Shown here piece by piece: positions 9,394-19,090 of a DNA stretch of 64,000 nucleotides. The position numbers were made by a program, and so were the translations under genes. The notes beneath the pieces were generated by a model. It did not search any database and was not told the DNA's origin. It saw only the letters and a program-made list of their open reading frames with translations. Each line of letters begins with the position of its first letter. Positions within the stretch are counted from its first letter, which is position 1. The DNA is from a virus (Duplodnaviria; Heunggongvirae; Uroviricota; Caudoviricetes): the IMG/VR virus record IMGVR_UViG_3300026382_000001; one strand, written 5' to 3'.

Positions 9394-9721
9394 GGAAAAC
9401 CTTTGTACGTTTTCTTGATTCAATTAACATGTTTTCTCTAGAAAGAGTTTCTAAACTCTTTCTATCAGGTGAAGAAATACTTACTAAATTTGGCTTTTCT
9501 AGAGAATATTTTTGTAATTTAGAAAATGATATTCTTTTAGCTTTATATTTTTCTTTTTTAGAATTAATTTTATTATCTATATAATCAATACCATAATTTA
9601 ATTCAAAAACCATTTCTAATTCTTCTTCTAAACTTTTATTATTATATTTATCTAAATCTAAAATATCTTCCTTTTTAGCCATTTTTAACATAAATGTTAA
9701 ACTATCTTCAATTTTTTTCAT
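9374..9721 (-). CDS. Hypothetical protein
   Basis: 115-aa ORF with SD, directly after the RNAP beta gene. Confidence 0.55.
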   Translation of the reverse strand: MKKIEDSLTFMLKMAKKEDILDLDKYNNKSLEEELEMVFELNYGIDYIDNKINSKKEKYKAKRISFSKLQKYSLEKPNLVSISSPDRKSLETLSRENMLIESRKRTKVFHENKYK

Positions 9722-9737
9722 TATTTTCCTTTAATTT

Positions 9738-12700
9738 TTATAAGTTTGGTTTTAACATAGCGCCGTAAAAATACGTTTCTATAAGTTTTTTAGTTTTAGA
9801 TAATTTTTCTGTTTCCTCATCTAATTCTAAATCATCTTGACTAGGAACTTTACCAGTTTTTAGAATACTATTATTTAATTTATTAGTAGCCACGGCATTA
9901 TCTGATTTCATAAAATGCATTTCTTTTAAAAGAGCTGTACTTTTTCTATAACTTAAACCAAACATATCGTATAATCCAATACGAACTGCCCCATTACCTT
10001 CTTTAGTACCAGAACGTCCCTGTCCAGTTACAGCAGATTTTTTAATATTTACGGAACCACGAACGTTTGCCATAAATTGTGGAATATGTTCTAATAACGC
10101 AATTGGGGCAATACCAACTGGTACTTCTCTTTCGGAAACTGTTCCATCTTCTTCTCGAATAATTACTTTTTCATTTAAAGGTATTTTTAAAAAGGCAGCT
10201 GCTTTTTTAATATCTTCCATAAGTAATTTATTTTTAAATGGAGTTACTAGTATTGGAAAAGCCGGTTTTTGTAAAGGATCGGATTGTTTTACCATAGTAA
10301 TAATTTCTTTTGGCGAATTTTGAAAATAATCTTTTACATATCCAATTAATTCTTTATCTTTAGTTTTATCAAGGAAATACAATGTTTCTAATAATAATTT
10401 TTCAGCCTCTTTCAATCTAGAACTTTCTATAAGTTCTTTTAATTTTTTATTTAAAAAATAAGATATTTTTCCAGTGTACATACTAAGAACTACTGAAATA
10501 TTTTTACGAGATATATTTGAAATAGGAGTTGGTAAAAATTCTATTTTTAAACCGGTTTTTTCTGCAATCGGTTCTTTTCCTTCTGGGATCATATATTGAA
10601 CGGTCCCTTTACCACCAGAACTTCCAAGTAATGTAAACTTAGAACCATTTTGAATAGGATTTGGATACTCGATATACATTTCTATAATTGTTCCATCGAA
10701 TACGTCGTTATTTAATTTATGTCCACCAACAACGGTCGATTTAAGATTATTTATCTGATCTTGACAATTCATTTGTTTTACTGGATCTAATAATTCTTTA
10801 CAATTTTTAATTTTTTTCTGTAATTCTTTATTAAGTAATTTCCATTCACTAAGTAATTTTGAATCAATACTTTGAGAATTAATTAAAATATTAACCGTTT
10901 TAATTTTTCCACCTGGTGAATTATATCTAATATTTCCTTGATGAAAGTTACGTCCAATACTTACATCAAAACCATCTGTAGCTTCCCCATCCATACTTTC
11001 GGTAGCCGATTGAACTAATGCTTCAACTGATTCATTACCTTTAGTACTAGAATATTCTATTAATACATCACCTGGTTTAGTTTCTTGACCGACTTTTATT
11101 TTATATTCTAAAATATTTGATTCTCTATCAATAGGAATTAAAATACGTTTTAATAAAGTATTTTTAAATTTTTTACCTATGCTTTCTGAAACAGCCCAAC
11201 CATCTTCATAGTTCATACCACGATAGGACATTAAAGCAATTACTAGATTTTTACCAACCGCTAACTTACCAGTTTTTAAAGAAGAAGTTGTAGCAAGTAC
11301 CTGACCTTTTCTAACTTTTTCACCATTCTTTACTAAAGGGGTTAATTTAAGTGGTAAGTAAACACCACGTGAAGTTCTAGACATTACATCATCTAAATTA
11401 AAATAATCTTTTGAACCAGATTTATATTTTAATTCCATTTCATGATCTAAACGGATTACTTTACCATCTTCCTTAGCTTTAATAGCAAATCTATCTGAAA
11501 CCAGATGTGGTACAATAGCTTCCATTCCAGTTTGTACTAAAGGTTCGTCTGGGGATTCTATTTGAGTAAATTGGGAAACTTGTTGATTACCCATAATACG
11601 TCTAGTTGTATCATCGTACTCAAAAAATGGACTAAGACTATCAGTAGCACTAAGTAAATCTAAACCATTAATATCATTATCAAATGGACGAACTAAAATA
11701 TTTCCAAATCTATCTTTAATAATAGCTTTATTACTAAGAGTTTGATTAAGTCCAATTCCACTGTACTCATTAGTAGTACTTGGAGAAATAGTTCCAAAAT
11801 AAGATTTATTTAAATCGCGACGCTGCATATTAATCTGTTCTTGTTTAGGATTTCCAACACCTGTTTTAGTAATTTTATTACTAAGAGTAAGTTCTGCTAA
11901 TGGATTAATATTTTGAGAGTACTGTAACATACCACTAGCTTGTAATTCTTTTGAAATAAAATTTGGATCAATATCTAATTTAATATTATATTGTCCTTTA
12001 TTATTTTTCATGTATCCAATACCTTGTTGAAGTACTTTATAAGCAAGATGGGTAATACTTTCAGACATACGAATTCTTAAATTACTTAAATCAGAAATAT
12101 CTTCTATTTTACCATTAATAAGTTTATCCGGCATAAACTTACCAAATACTTCCATAAAATCACTTGGATCTCCTTTAGAAGCAAGAACCTTTTTAGTAGT
12201 AATATCTATAAAATTTGTTTTCGAATTTTTAAGATTTAGGTACTTATTTAAAGAATAATATTTACTAAAATATTTTTCCATAGTTTTAGGATTATCTAAA
12301 TCTTTATCCGAAATCATATGTTCTCCGGATGGAAATAATCTTGTAGCTTCTTTACGAATACCGTTTACTAAGTATTCATCAAATAAAGAATTAGTAAATA
12401 TATTTAAAAATCCTGGTTCATTCCCTTGTTTTATACGAACGCTTAAAAAAGCCGTTCTATCTTTGGTTTTACTTTTAGAATATTTTAATCCATAATATCT
12501 TAATGTTCCAAGAATACCTTTATGAATAAATAATAAAAGAACTAAAGGAAAATTACTAGCAAACATACGAAGACTAAAATAAACAACACTTGTTTTATTT
12601 TTTTTATCCACTCGATTATGTTTCGTTTTTTCGTCTGAAATGTTATTATATAATCCAATAATAAAACTATTTAATTGAGATTTTGGAAAAGTTTTTATAT

Positions 12701-12851
12701 CCTGATCTTGGGTATAATATTGAATATCATCATTACCTGGGGTAATAAAAGCATATTCTAATAATTCCCCACTTTCACTAAACTTTTCGTAAAATCTTAA
12801 TTTACCATCTTTTTCATTCTCAAAATTTATTTTAATTTTTGATTTTGGCAT
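9738..12851 (-). CDS. rpoB: Multisubunit RNA polymerase beta-like subunit (RNAP set 1, probably virion RNAP)
   Basis: DLSNLRIRMSE, NPLAEL, YFGTISP, PFFEYDDTTRRIMGNQQ, GMNYEDG, GSKF...GGKGTV, GQ...G..GAVRIG motifs colinear with RpoB. Confidence 0.92.
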   Translation of the reverse strand: MPKSKIKINFENEKDGKLRFYEKFSESGELLEYAFITPGNDDIQYYTQDQDIKTFPKSQLNSFIIGLYNNISDEKTKHNRVDKKNKTSVVYFSLRMFASNFPLVLLLFIHKGILGTLRYYGLKYSKSKTKDRTAFLSVRIKQGNEPGFLNIFTNSLFDEYLVNGIRKEATRLFPSGEHMISDKDLDNPKTMEKYFSKYYSLNKYLNLKNSKTNFIDITTKKVLASKGDPSDFMEVFGKFMPDKLINGKIEDISDLSNLRIRMSESITHLAYKVLQQGIGYMKNNKGQYNIKLDIDPNFISKELQASGMLQYSQNINPLAELTLSNKITKTGVGNPKQEQINMQRRDLNKSYFGTISPSTTNEYSGIGLNQTLSNKAIIKDRFGNILVRPFDNDINGLDLLSATDSLSPFFEYDDTTRRIMGNQQVSQFTQIESPDEPLVQTGMEAIVPHLVSDRFAIKAKEDGKVIRLDHEMELKYKSGSKDYFNLDDVMSRTSRGVYLPLKLTPLVKNGEKVRKGQVLATTSSLKTGKLAVGKNLVIALMSYRGMNYEDGWAVSESIGKKFKNTLLKRILIPIDRESNILEYKIKVGQETKPGDVLIEYSSTKGNESVEALVQSATESMDGEATDGFDVSIGRNFHQGNIRYNSPGGKIKTVNILINSQSIDSKLLSEWKLLNKELQKKIKNCKELLDPVKQMNCQDQINNLKSTVVGGHKLNNDVFDGTIIEMYIEYPNPIQNGSKFTLLGSSGGKGTVQYMIPEGKEPIAEKTGLKIEFLPTPISNISRKNISVVLSMYTGKISYFLNKKLKELIESSRLKEAEKLLLETLYFLDKTKDKELIGYVKDYFQNSPKEIITMVKQSDPLQKPAFPILVTPFKNKLLMEDIKKAAAFLKIPLNEKVIIREEDGTVSEREVPVGIAPIALLEHIPQFMANVRGSVNIKKSAVTGQGRSGTKEGNGAVRIGLYDMFGLSYRKSTALLKEMHFMKSDNAVATNKLNNSILKTGKVPSQDDLELDEETEKLSKTKKLIETYFYGAMLKPNL

Positions 12852-12951
12852 AGATATTTCCTTTATATTTTTAATATTATTTAGTTAATTTTTAATAATT
12901 TAGATTTTATTTTTGGAGATGAATTAATAACTATTCATAGTGCGTGGTATT

Positions 12952-13159
12952 AATAGTTAACTATTAATAGTTGTTTGTTTTTAAAATCTCTAGCTAACAG
13001 ATTTTAAAATAAACTTAAAATCAAAAACCAAGTCCCCTATTTTCCGGTGTTATAAAGGATTGAAAATTTAACTATTTCTTAAATTTTAGGTTTTAAAATT
13101 TTTTGTCTTTTTGAAATAACTGGCTATAGTAGGTTAGTTGACACTATGACTAGTTATTT
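12952..13159 (+). repeat. 208-bp inverted repeat, copy A (at the strand switch)
   Basis: Reverse complement of 24952..25159 with one mismatch (13150), no indels, by manual alignment. Confidence 0.95.
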
Positions 13160-13213
13160 CATAGTTATAGTTCCATAGATATTATTACTATTAAAATAAA
13201 TTAGGAAAAAAAT

Positions 13214-13912
13214 ATGAAGAAGTCAGTATCAGAACATATAAAAGATTTTAAAAATGTTCATGGTGATAAATACGACTATAGTAAAGTTCAATATAAAAAT
13301 ACTATGACTAAGATAGAAATTATTTGTCCAGAACATGGAAGTTTTTTCCAGAAACCAAATACTCATAAACAAGGACATGGATGTAAAAAATACCAATATA
13401 AAAAATTAAGAAATCCTTTAGAAAAGATAATAAAAGAATTAGAATTAATATATGGAGATAAATATAATTATTCAAAAATAAATTATAAAAATTCTAGATC
13501 ATCCATTATTATTGGATGTCCAATACATGATGATTTTAGAACAACCTTTGACTATTTTCGTCTTGGTTATGGTTGCCCAATATGTAATACTTCAAAAGGG
13601 GAAATAAAAATAGCTAAATTTTTAAAAAATAACACTCTTAATTTTTTATCAGAATATACTTTTAAAAATTGTAAAAAAAACGGAATTTTAAGATTTGATT
13701 TTTATTTACCGGATCATAATATATTAATAGAATTTGATGGAGAACAACATTATAAACCTATAAAATTTTTTGGTGGAGAAAAAGAATTTAAAAAATTACA
13801 AGAACGTGATAAAATTAAAACAGAATATTGTAAAAAAAATAATATTAAACTTATACGAATTCCATACACGGAATTTAATAATATAGAAAAAATACTAAAG
13901 GAAGAAATATGA
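13214..13912 (+). CDS. Homing endonuclease, CPxHG-repeat type
   Basis: HGDKYDYSKV...ICPEHGSFFQ; RFDFYLP...IEFDGEQHY. Confidence 0.85.
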   Translation: MKKSVSEHIKDFKNVHGDKYDYSKVQYKNTMTKIEIICPEHGSFFQKPNTHKQGHGCKKYQYKKLRNPLEKIIKELELIYGDKYNYSKINYKNSRSSIIIGCPIHDDFRTTFDYFRLGYGCPICNTSKGEIKIAKFLKNNTLNFLSEYTFKNCKKNGILRFDFYLPDHNILIEFDGEQHYKPIKFFGGEKEFKKLQERDKIKTEYCKKNNIKLIRIPYTEFNNIEKILKEEI

Positions 13913-15660
13913 ACGAGATAGAAAAAATAAATAATTTACCAAAATTTGAAACTTTTGAAGAAATAGAAAAAATTCTACAATCTAAATTAGATAATTATCC
14001 TCAAATAAATTCAGAGGAAGAATTCTTTAATTTTTCACATTGGGATTTTAAAGATATGAAAAAGGGTATTGATTTAATGGTAAATACTATGTCACAGGGT
14101 AAAAAAATATTTTTTATCCACGATTGTGATGCGGATGGAATGTTTACATATTATTTAACGTATAGATTTTTTTCAAAGCATTTCAATTATCAAAATATTG
14201 AATTAGTATTAACCAAAAGAGCTGATGGGTATGGTTTTTTACCAGTTCATGTATCTGAAAGAGATGTTCAAGAAGGTGATTTATTTATAACAACCGATAA
14301 TGGAATTACTGCTAAAGAGGCTACAGAATATGCTTTACGTGCTGGTGCAAATGTAATTATCAATGATCACCATACTCCAGATTATGATAAGGCTTGGCCA
14401 CTTTGGCAGTCTAATAAACCAGAAGAAGAATCTAGAGTAGCTGTTATAGATCCTTGTCAAACTGATTGTGAGTTTGGTAAAAAGGATATGAATATTTCTG
14501 GAACAGTTGTACTTTACTATATGTTCCAAGCTTTAGCAGAAACTTATAAATTATCGATTGCTGGAAAAGATTTATACGAGGATTTTTTACCAGGTTTAGC
14601 TATTACTACTATTTCAGACGTAATGAAATTAAATCAAGGTATTAGTAGATACTTAGTAAAAGACTTCTTTAATAATGGTAAGTACTTAAATGTTCAAGAT
14701 CAGTTCTTTAAAACTTTTTTAAAAGAAAAAGAAATTGATGGGGAAATAGTTAAAGGAGTTGCTGAAGATATTGGTTTTGGTTTTAGTCCATTATTAAATG
14801 CTTGTAATAGATTAACTTCTGCTAATGACGCGTGTAACTTTTTAGTTCAGGAAACCGAAGAATTTTCTAAACAGTGGTGGGATTATATCAGCCAAATTAA
14901 TGATTCTCGTAAAGAAAAACAACAAAAACTATTGGATTATGTCGAATATAGATTTAAAGATTATATGCCTACTAAAAAAAATGGTTATAAGTTAATTATG
15001 ATTCCTGGTCAATTTAATCAAGAAGCTAAAGGTCTTTTAGGAATCGTTGCTGGAAGATTATCCGATAAATATAAGGTTCCATGTATAGTACTTAATTTGA
15101 ACGAAGAAAAGACTAGTTATTCTGGAAGTGGAAGAAGTGTTGGAACTATAGATATACTAGGTCAATTCCGTAAAGAACATATTCTTAAATTCTTAACACA
15201 TGTTGGTGGTCATAAACAAGCTCTTGGTCTTGGAGTAAAAGCGGACGATTTAGAAGAGTTCTTTTTAACAATTCAGGAAGAATTTAAGAAGATTCCAGAT
15301 CATCAATTCATGAGTGATAAAAAAGCTACTGGATATATTGATCTTAAAAATATCAATGAAGATTTAATACATACTCTAGATAAATTTGAACCATTCGGAC
15401 ATTATTTCTATAAACCTAATTTTGTAACTAAAGCAATTGTTAAAACAAGTACTGAAATTGGTAAACAAAAGAATCATTTAAGCATGACTATTATAGATGA
15501 AAATAATATGTTATCATTCAAAGCTCTTAATTTTTTCCATGAATATACTCCTAAAAAAGGTGATAATATTTATATTCATTTTAAACCAGAATTAGAAACA
15601 TTTAGAGGAAATACAAAAATCGTTTTAAAAGTATCCAGAATTATTCCTATTTTAGAATAG
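13909..15660 (+). CDS. recJ: Single-stranded DNA exonuclease RecJ
   Basis: DCDADG, TTDNG, DHH, TISDV, GSGRS, GGH, FEPFG...P.F motifs. Confidence 0.92.
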   Translation: MNEIEKINNLPKFETFEEIEKILQSKLDNYPQINSEEEFFNFSHWDFKDMKKGIDLMVNTMSQGKKIFFIHDCDADGMFTYYLTYRFFSKHFNYQNIELVLTKRADGYGFLPVHVSERDVQEGDLFITTDNGITAKEATEYALRAGANVIINDHHTPDYDKAWPLWQSNKPEEESRVAVIDPCQTDCEFGKKDMNISGTVVLYYMFQALAETYKLSIAGKDLYEDFLPGLAITTISDVMKLNQGISRYLVKDFFNNGKYLNVQDQFFKTFLKEKEIDGEIVKGVAEDIGFGFSPLLNACNRLTSANDACNFLVQETEEFSKQWWDYISQINDSRKEKQQKLLDYVEYRFKDYMPTKKNGYKLIMIPGQFNQEAKGLLGIVAGRLSDKYKVPCIVLNLNEEKTSYSGSGRSVGTIDILGQFRKEHILKFLTHVGGHKQALGLGVKADDLEEFFLTIQEEFKKIPDHQFMSDKKATGYIDLKNINEDLIHTLDKFEPFGHYFYKPNFVTKAIVKTSTEIGKQKNHLSMTIIDENNMLSFKALNFFHEYTPKKGDNIYIHFKPELETFRGNTKIVLKVSRIIPILE

Positions 15661-15668
15661 GAATAATC

Positions 15669-16367
15669 GTGCCTAGAAAATTAAAACTAGAAGAGGTTTT
15701 AAACTGGTTTAAAGAAGTTCATGGGGATAAATATGACTATTCGAAAGTTAATTATATTAATAATAATACTAAGATAGAAATAATATGTCCAGAACATGGA
15801 AGTTTTTTAGTATATCCAAAATATCATAAAATGGGTAAGAGATGCCGGGAATGTTTTTATAAAGATAATACCTTAACCCAATTGGAAATTATAAAAGATT
15901 TTAAAAATGTTCATGGAAATAAATACGATTACAGTAAGGTTAATTACATAAATAATAAAACAAAAGTAGAAATTATTTGTCCAGAACACGGTAGTTTTTT
16001 TCAAAAACCAAATGATCACAAACAAGGGAATGGTTGTCCAATTTGTGGTAAAAAAAGCAAAGGGGAAGAAAGAATTAAAGAATTTTTAGAAGAAAATAAT
16101 ATAGAATATTTAAGAGAATATAATTTATTTAAAAAATATCGTTTTGATTTTTATTTAAAAGATTTGGATACCGTTATTGAGTACGATGGTATCCAACATT
16201 TTAAACCAATAAATTATTTTGGTGGTGAAAAGGGATTTAAAGAAACCTGTTTTAGAGATAAAGAGAAAGATATATATTGTAAAAAAAACAATATTAATCT
16301 TATTAGAATTTCATATAAAGATTTTAATAAAATAGAAAAAATTCTGAGTAAGAGTACTTTAAAATAA
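15669..16367 (+). CDS. Homing endonuclease, CPxHG-repeat type
   Basis: Two CPEHGSF repeats; RFDFYL...IEYDGIQHF. Confidence 0.85.
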   Translation: MPRKLKLEEVLNWFKEVHGDKYDYSKVNYINNNTKIEIICPEHGSFLVYPKYHKMGKRCRECFYKDNTLTQLEIIKDFKNVHGNKYDYSKVNYINNKTKVEIICPEHGSFFQKPNDHKQGNGCPICGKKSKGEERIKEFLEENNIEYLREYNLFKKYRFDFYLKDLDTVIEYDGIQHFKPINYFGGEKGFKETCFRDKEKDIYCKKNNINLIRISYKDFNKIEKILSKSTLK

Positions 16368-16396
16368 CTATCGTTAAGTATAGATATCTTATAATC
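16355..16396 (+). promoter_or_regulatory. Putative phage promoter TACTTTAAAATAACTAT-N6-GTATAGATATCTTATAATC
   Basis: Identical except for the N6 spacer to 23953..23994; followed directly by a hairpin. Confidence 0.65.
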
Positions 16397-16513
16397 GAGA
16401 AGATAAATAAATACCGAATATGTATTTATTTTTATCTTCGTGTTTTCTTGTCGTTATTGAGGACGTAAGAAAACAAGGATAATCTCAAATTTAAATAAAA
16501 ATGGAGGTGTTTT

Positions 16514-16543
16514 ATGGGAACAGATATTACACCAGGATGCTAA
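16514..16543 (+). CDS. Candidate 9-aa micropeptide MGTDITPGC
   Basis: GGAGG SD 6 nt upstream; lies between the promoter motif and a terminator. Confidence 0.45.
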   Translation: MGTDITPGC

Positions 16544-16545
16544 TC

Positions 16546-16576
16546 AAGAAGAGATTATAATCTCTTCTTTTTTTTC
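16546..16576 (+). terminator. Intrinsic terminator
   Basis: AAGAAGAGAT-TATA-ATCTCTTCTT followed by T-run. Confidence 0.75.
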
Positions 16577-16598
16577 TTAAAAATTAAAAAGGATAAAA

Positions 16599-16829
16599 AT
16601 GGTAATACCGTTTAAATTTGGAAAGTTTTTAGAAGTTTTTCAACCAGGAATATTAAAAAAAACTGTAATCGAAATAAAAGGTTTACGATGTGATAATCCA
16701 AAATGCGATTACGTAAATGATGATATTTTATTCGAGAATTATGTAGTTGGACAACCATGTCCTAAATGTGGAGATAATCTTTTAACACAAGAAGATTATG
16801 ATTTATGCAAACAAGCTTTGGAGGCTTAA
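16599..16829 (+). CDS. Small zinc-ribbon protein
   Basis: CDNPKC...CPKCG. Confidence 0.7.
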   Translation: MVIPFKFGKFLEVFQPGILKKTVIEIKGLRCDNPKCDYVNDDILFENYVVGQPCPKCGDNLLTQEDYDLCKQALEA

Positions 16830-16830
16830 T

Positions 16831-17805
16831 ATGAAAACGTTAAAAACATTAGTAGTATATCATAAAAATTGCGTGGATGGCCTCGGGGCAGCCGCTTCTT
16901 ATAGTATGTTAGAAGAACTTGGCGTTAACATGATATATAAAGCCATTCAACATGGTGAACCAGCTAAAGAAGAGTTCATGAAAAATTTAACAGAAGATGA
17001 AAAAAAATGCACTGACTTAGTCTTTCTGGATTTTAGCTTAGATAAAACTCAAATTTTAGAAGTTTGTGATTGGTTTGAAAATGTTATGATTATAGATCAT
17101 CATAAAACTTCCGAAGCTGATCTTCAAGGTTTAGAAAATATTACCAATTTAGATCTTATCTTCGATATGTCTAAATCAGGAGCAATGCTAACTTGGGAAC
17201 ACGTTAGAACAGAATTAGATGAAATTGGGGATATTATTCCATTTGAATTTATTCAATATATTCAGGATCGTGATCTTTGGGAATGGAAACTTTCACAATC
17301 GAAAGAATTTTCGGAAGGGTTACGAATGGCAATAGATCGTCAAAAAAATAAAATTTATAAGAAAAATATTTATTATTCTTCCGAAGAAGTAGAAATAAAT
17401 GCTTTCTTAACGGTTTGCCAATATCTAGAATTAGAGAATATTATTGAAATTGGTAAAATTCTTTTGGAGAAAACAGAAAGTATGGTTAATTCCAAAATTA
17501 AAATAGACAAATTAAAATCTGTTTGGTTTGGAGATATAGAAGTACTTATGTTAAATGCTACTGAAAATATTTCCGAAATTGGAAATAATATATGTCTTAA
17601 ATATCAAAAACCAGCATGTATGTATTTTATTCTAGAAACCGGTGAAGTAGTTTTTAGCCTTCGCAGCATAAACGATTTACCAGACGTTTCATTAATTGCC
17701 AAAGCTTATGGTGGTGGGGGTCATAGAAACGCATGCGGATTTAAAGGTGATTTAAATCTGTTAAGTACTTTATTATTAAACAAAGACTCAGTAAATGAAA
17801 ACTAA
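16831..17805 (+). CDS. DHH/DHHA1-family phosphoesterase
   Basis: YHKNCVDG, LDFS, IDHH, IQDRDLW, SLRS, GGGGHRNACG; start set to 16831 from GGAGG SD. Confidence 0.9.
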   Translation: MKTLKTLVVYHKNCVDGLGAAASYSMLEELGVNMIYKAIQHGEPAKEEFMKNLTEDEKKCTDLVFLDFSLDKTQILEVCDWFENVMIIDHHKTSEADLQGLENITNLDLIFDMSKSGAMLTWEHVRTELDEIGDIIPFEFIQYIQDRDLWEWKLSQSKEFSEGLRMAIDRQKNKIYKKNIYYSSEEVEINAFLTVCQYLELENIIEIGKILLEKTESMVNSKIKIDKLKSVWFGDIEVLMLNATENISEIGNNICLKYQKPACMYFILETGEVVFSLRSINDLPDVSLIAKAYGGGGHRNACGFKGDLNLLSTLLLNKDSVNEN

Positions 17806-18028
17806 ATTTACCGAGGATGGGTTAATTATCAAACCAGATAAAATTATTAAAAAAAGATTTTATATTGGTGATGGGGTAGATAATGAAAAAGATTTCGCTA
17901 ATCATGGATATGTACACGAAATAAAAAATAAGGAAGAAAAAAAACTTTTAAAAAAAAGAGGTTATATTTTCTTTAAAACTTACAAACGTGCTCAAAATTA
18001 TAGATTAGCTGATATACTAGGAGGTTAA
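17795..18028 (+). CDS. Hypothetical protein
   Basis: Overlapping ORF in operon. Confidence 0.5.
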   Translation: MKTKFTEDGLIIKPDKIIKKRFYIGDGVDNEKDFANHGYVHEIKNKEEKKLLKKRGYIFFKTYKRAQNYRLADILGG

Positions 18029-18029
18029 A

Positions 18030-18317
18030 ATGACAATATCCGAAATAACTCTTAAAGATTTGCGTCGAATTAAAGGAAGATATTGGTATTCTTCTTTTAA
18101 TGGAGTTAAAAATATTTTTTATATTATTCTTGATTGGAGAGATAATATTAAAGAAATAGAACCAGTAGATTTAAGAGAAATGTTAATTGATTTAAGTGAT
18201 AAAGTACCATTTGGAAATAACTTTGTTTCCATAGTAGAATGTTTAAATTTAAATTATTCATTTGAATACGAAGCTAAATTACTTGATGAAGAATTAATGT
18301 ATTCTTTTACATCTTAA
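18030..18317 (+). CDS. Hypothetical protein
   Basis: GGAGG SD. Confidence 0.55.
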   Translation: MTISEITLKDLRRIKGRYWYSSFNGVKNIFYIILDWRDNIKEIEPVDLREMLIDLSDKVPFGNNFVSIVECLNLNYSFEYEAKLLDEELMYSFTS

Positions 18318-18330
18318 TTAAAGGAAAAAT

Positions 18331-18603
18331 ATGAAAAAAATATTGGTATTATGTTTATTAGTGGTTTCTACTTTTGCAGAAACTTCGTATGTTAAAGAAG
18401 TTACTTTAATAAATAAGAATATCGTTGACAGTTTTGGTTTGTGGTCAAGCACTGCGTATATATACACTTATTGTATTGATGGTTATGTTTGGCAAAGATA
18501 CTCTCAAGGACGAGCTGGAAATTTAGTTCAGGTTTTTGAAAATAAGACATATAAAATAAATGATAAAACACTGATAATTTCTAAGGTAAAAACATGTCAA
18601 TAG
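18331..18603 (+). CDS. Small secreted protein
   Basis: Signal peptide MKKILVLCLLVVSTFA; two Cys in the mature part. Confidence 0.65.
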   Translation: MKKILVLCLLVVSTFAETSYVKEVTLINKNIVDSFGLWSSTAYIYTYCIDGYVWQRYSQGRAGNLVQVFENKTYKINDKTLIISKVKTCQ

Positions 18604-18761
18604 AAAAGGAAATAACGAAAAAAGAATTCGATATTTTAGTTGCTAAATATAACATAGCTGTTGAAAACAAAGAGAAATCTTTTATTTTTTTCGGAAATGA
18701 ATTAGTAGTTGATTATGCTAAGTACTTAATAGAATACTTAGCGACAAAAAATTTAAAATAA
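18594..18761 (+). CDS. Small hypothetical protein (55 aa)
   Basis: Not in track; MSIEKEITKKEF...DYAKYLIEYLATKNLK with AAGG SD. Confidence 0.55.
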   Translation: MSIEKEITKKEFDILVAKYNIAVENKEKSFIFFGNELVVDYAKYLIEYLATKNLK

Positions 18762-18775
18762 AAAAAGGAAATGAA

Positions 18776-19081
18776 ATGATATTCGAATTATATTTTGAAA
18801 GTACTTCAGAAGCAGAGAAAGCACAAATGTACCAAAAGCTTAGTAATCTTATTACGGAGTACATAACCGGAGAAAACTGGATAAAAATTGAATTACCAGA
18901 TCTTGGTAAAAGTCCAGAGGATACATTAGGATCACTGATCGAGAACATTTGGGATGGTGATGATAAAGTTGTTTTCGATTTCGTTAGTCCTAGAATGATG
19001 ACTCATATAACAATGTCTTTAAATTATCCAATTAAATTTACTGTATGGGATACGGATAAATTTAAAAAAATAGAATTATAA
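18776..19081 (+). CDS. Hypothetical protein
   Basis: SD AAGGA; 101 aa. Confidence 0.55.
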   Translation: MIFELYFESTSEAEKAQMYQKLSNLITEYITGENWIKIELPDLGKSPEDTLGSLIENIWDGDDKVVFDFVSPRMMTHITMSLNYPIKFTVWDTDKFKKIEL

Positions 19082-19090
19082 GGAAGTAAA

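Noticed and set aside
16501-16560. Alternative 19-aa ORF MEVFYGNRYYTRMLIKKRL
   Set aside because: No properly spaced SD and it runs into the terminator; the GGAGG-led 9-aa frame fits better
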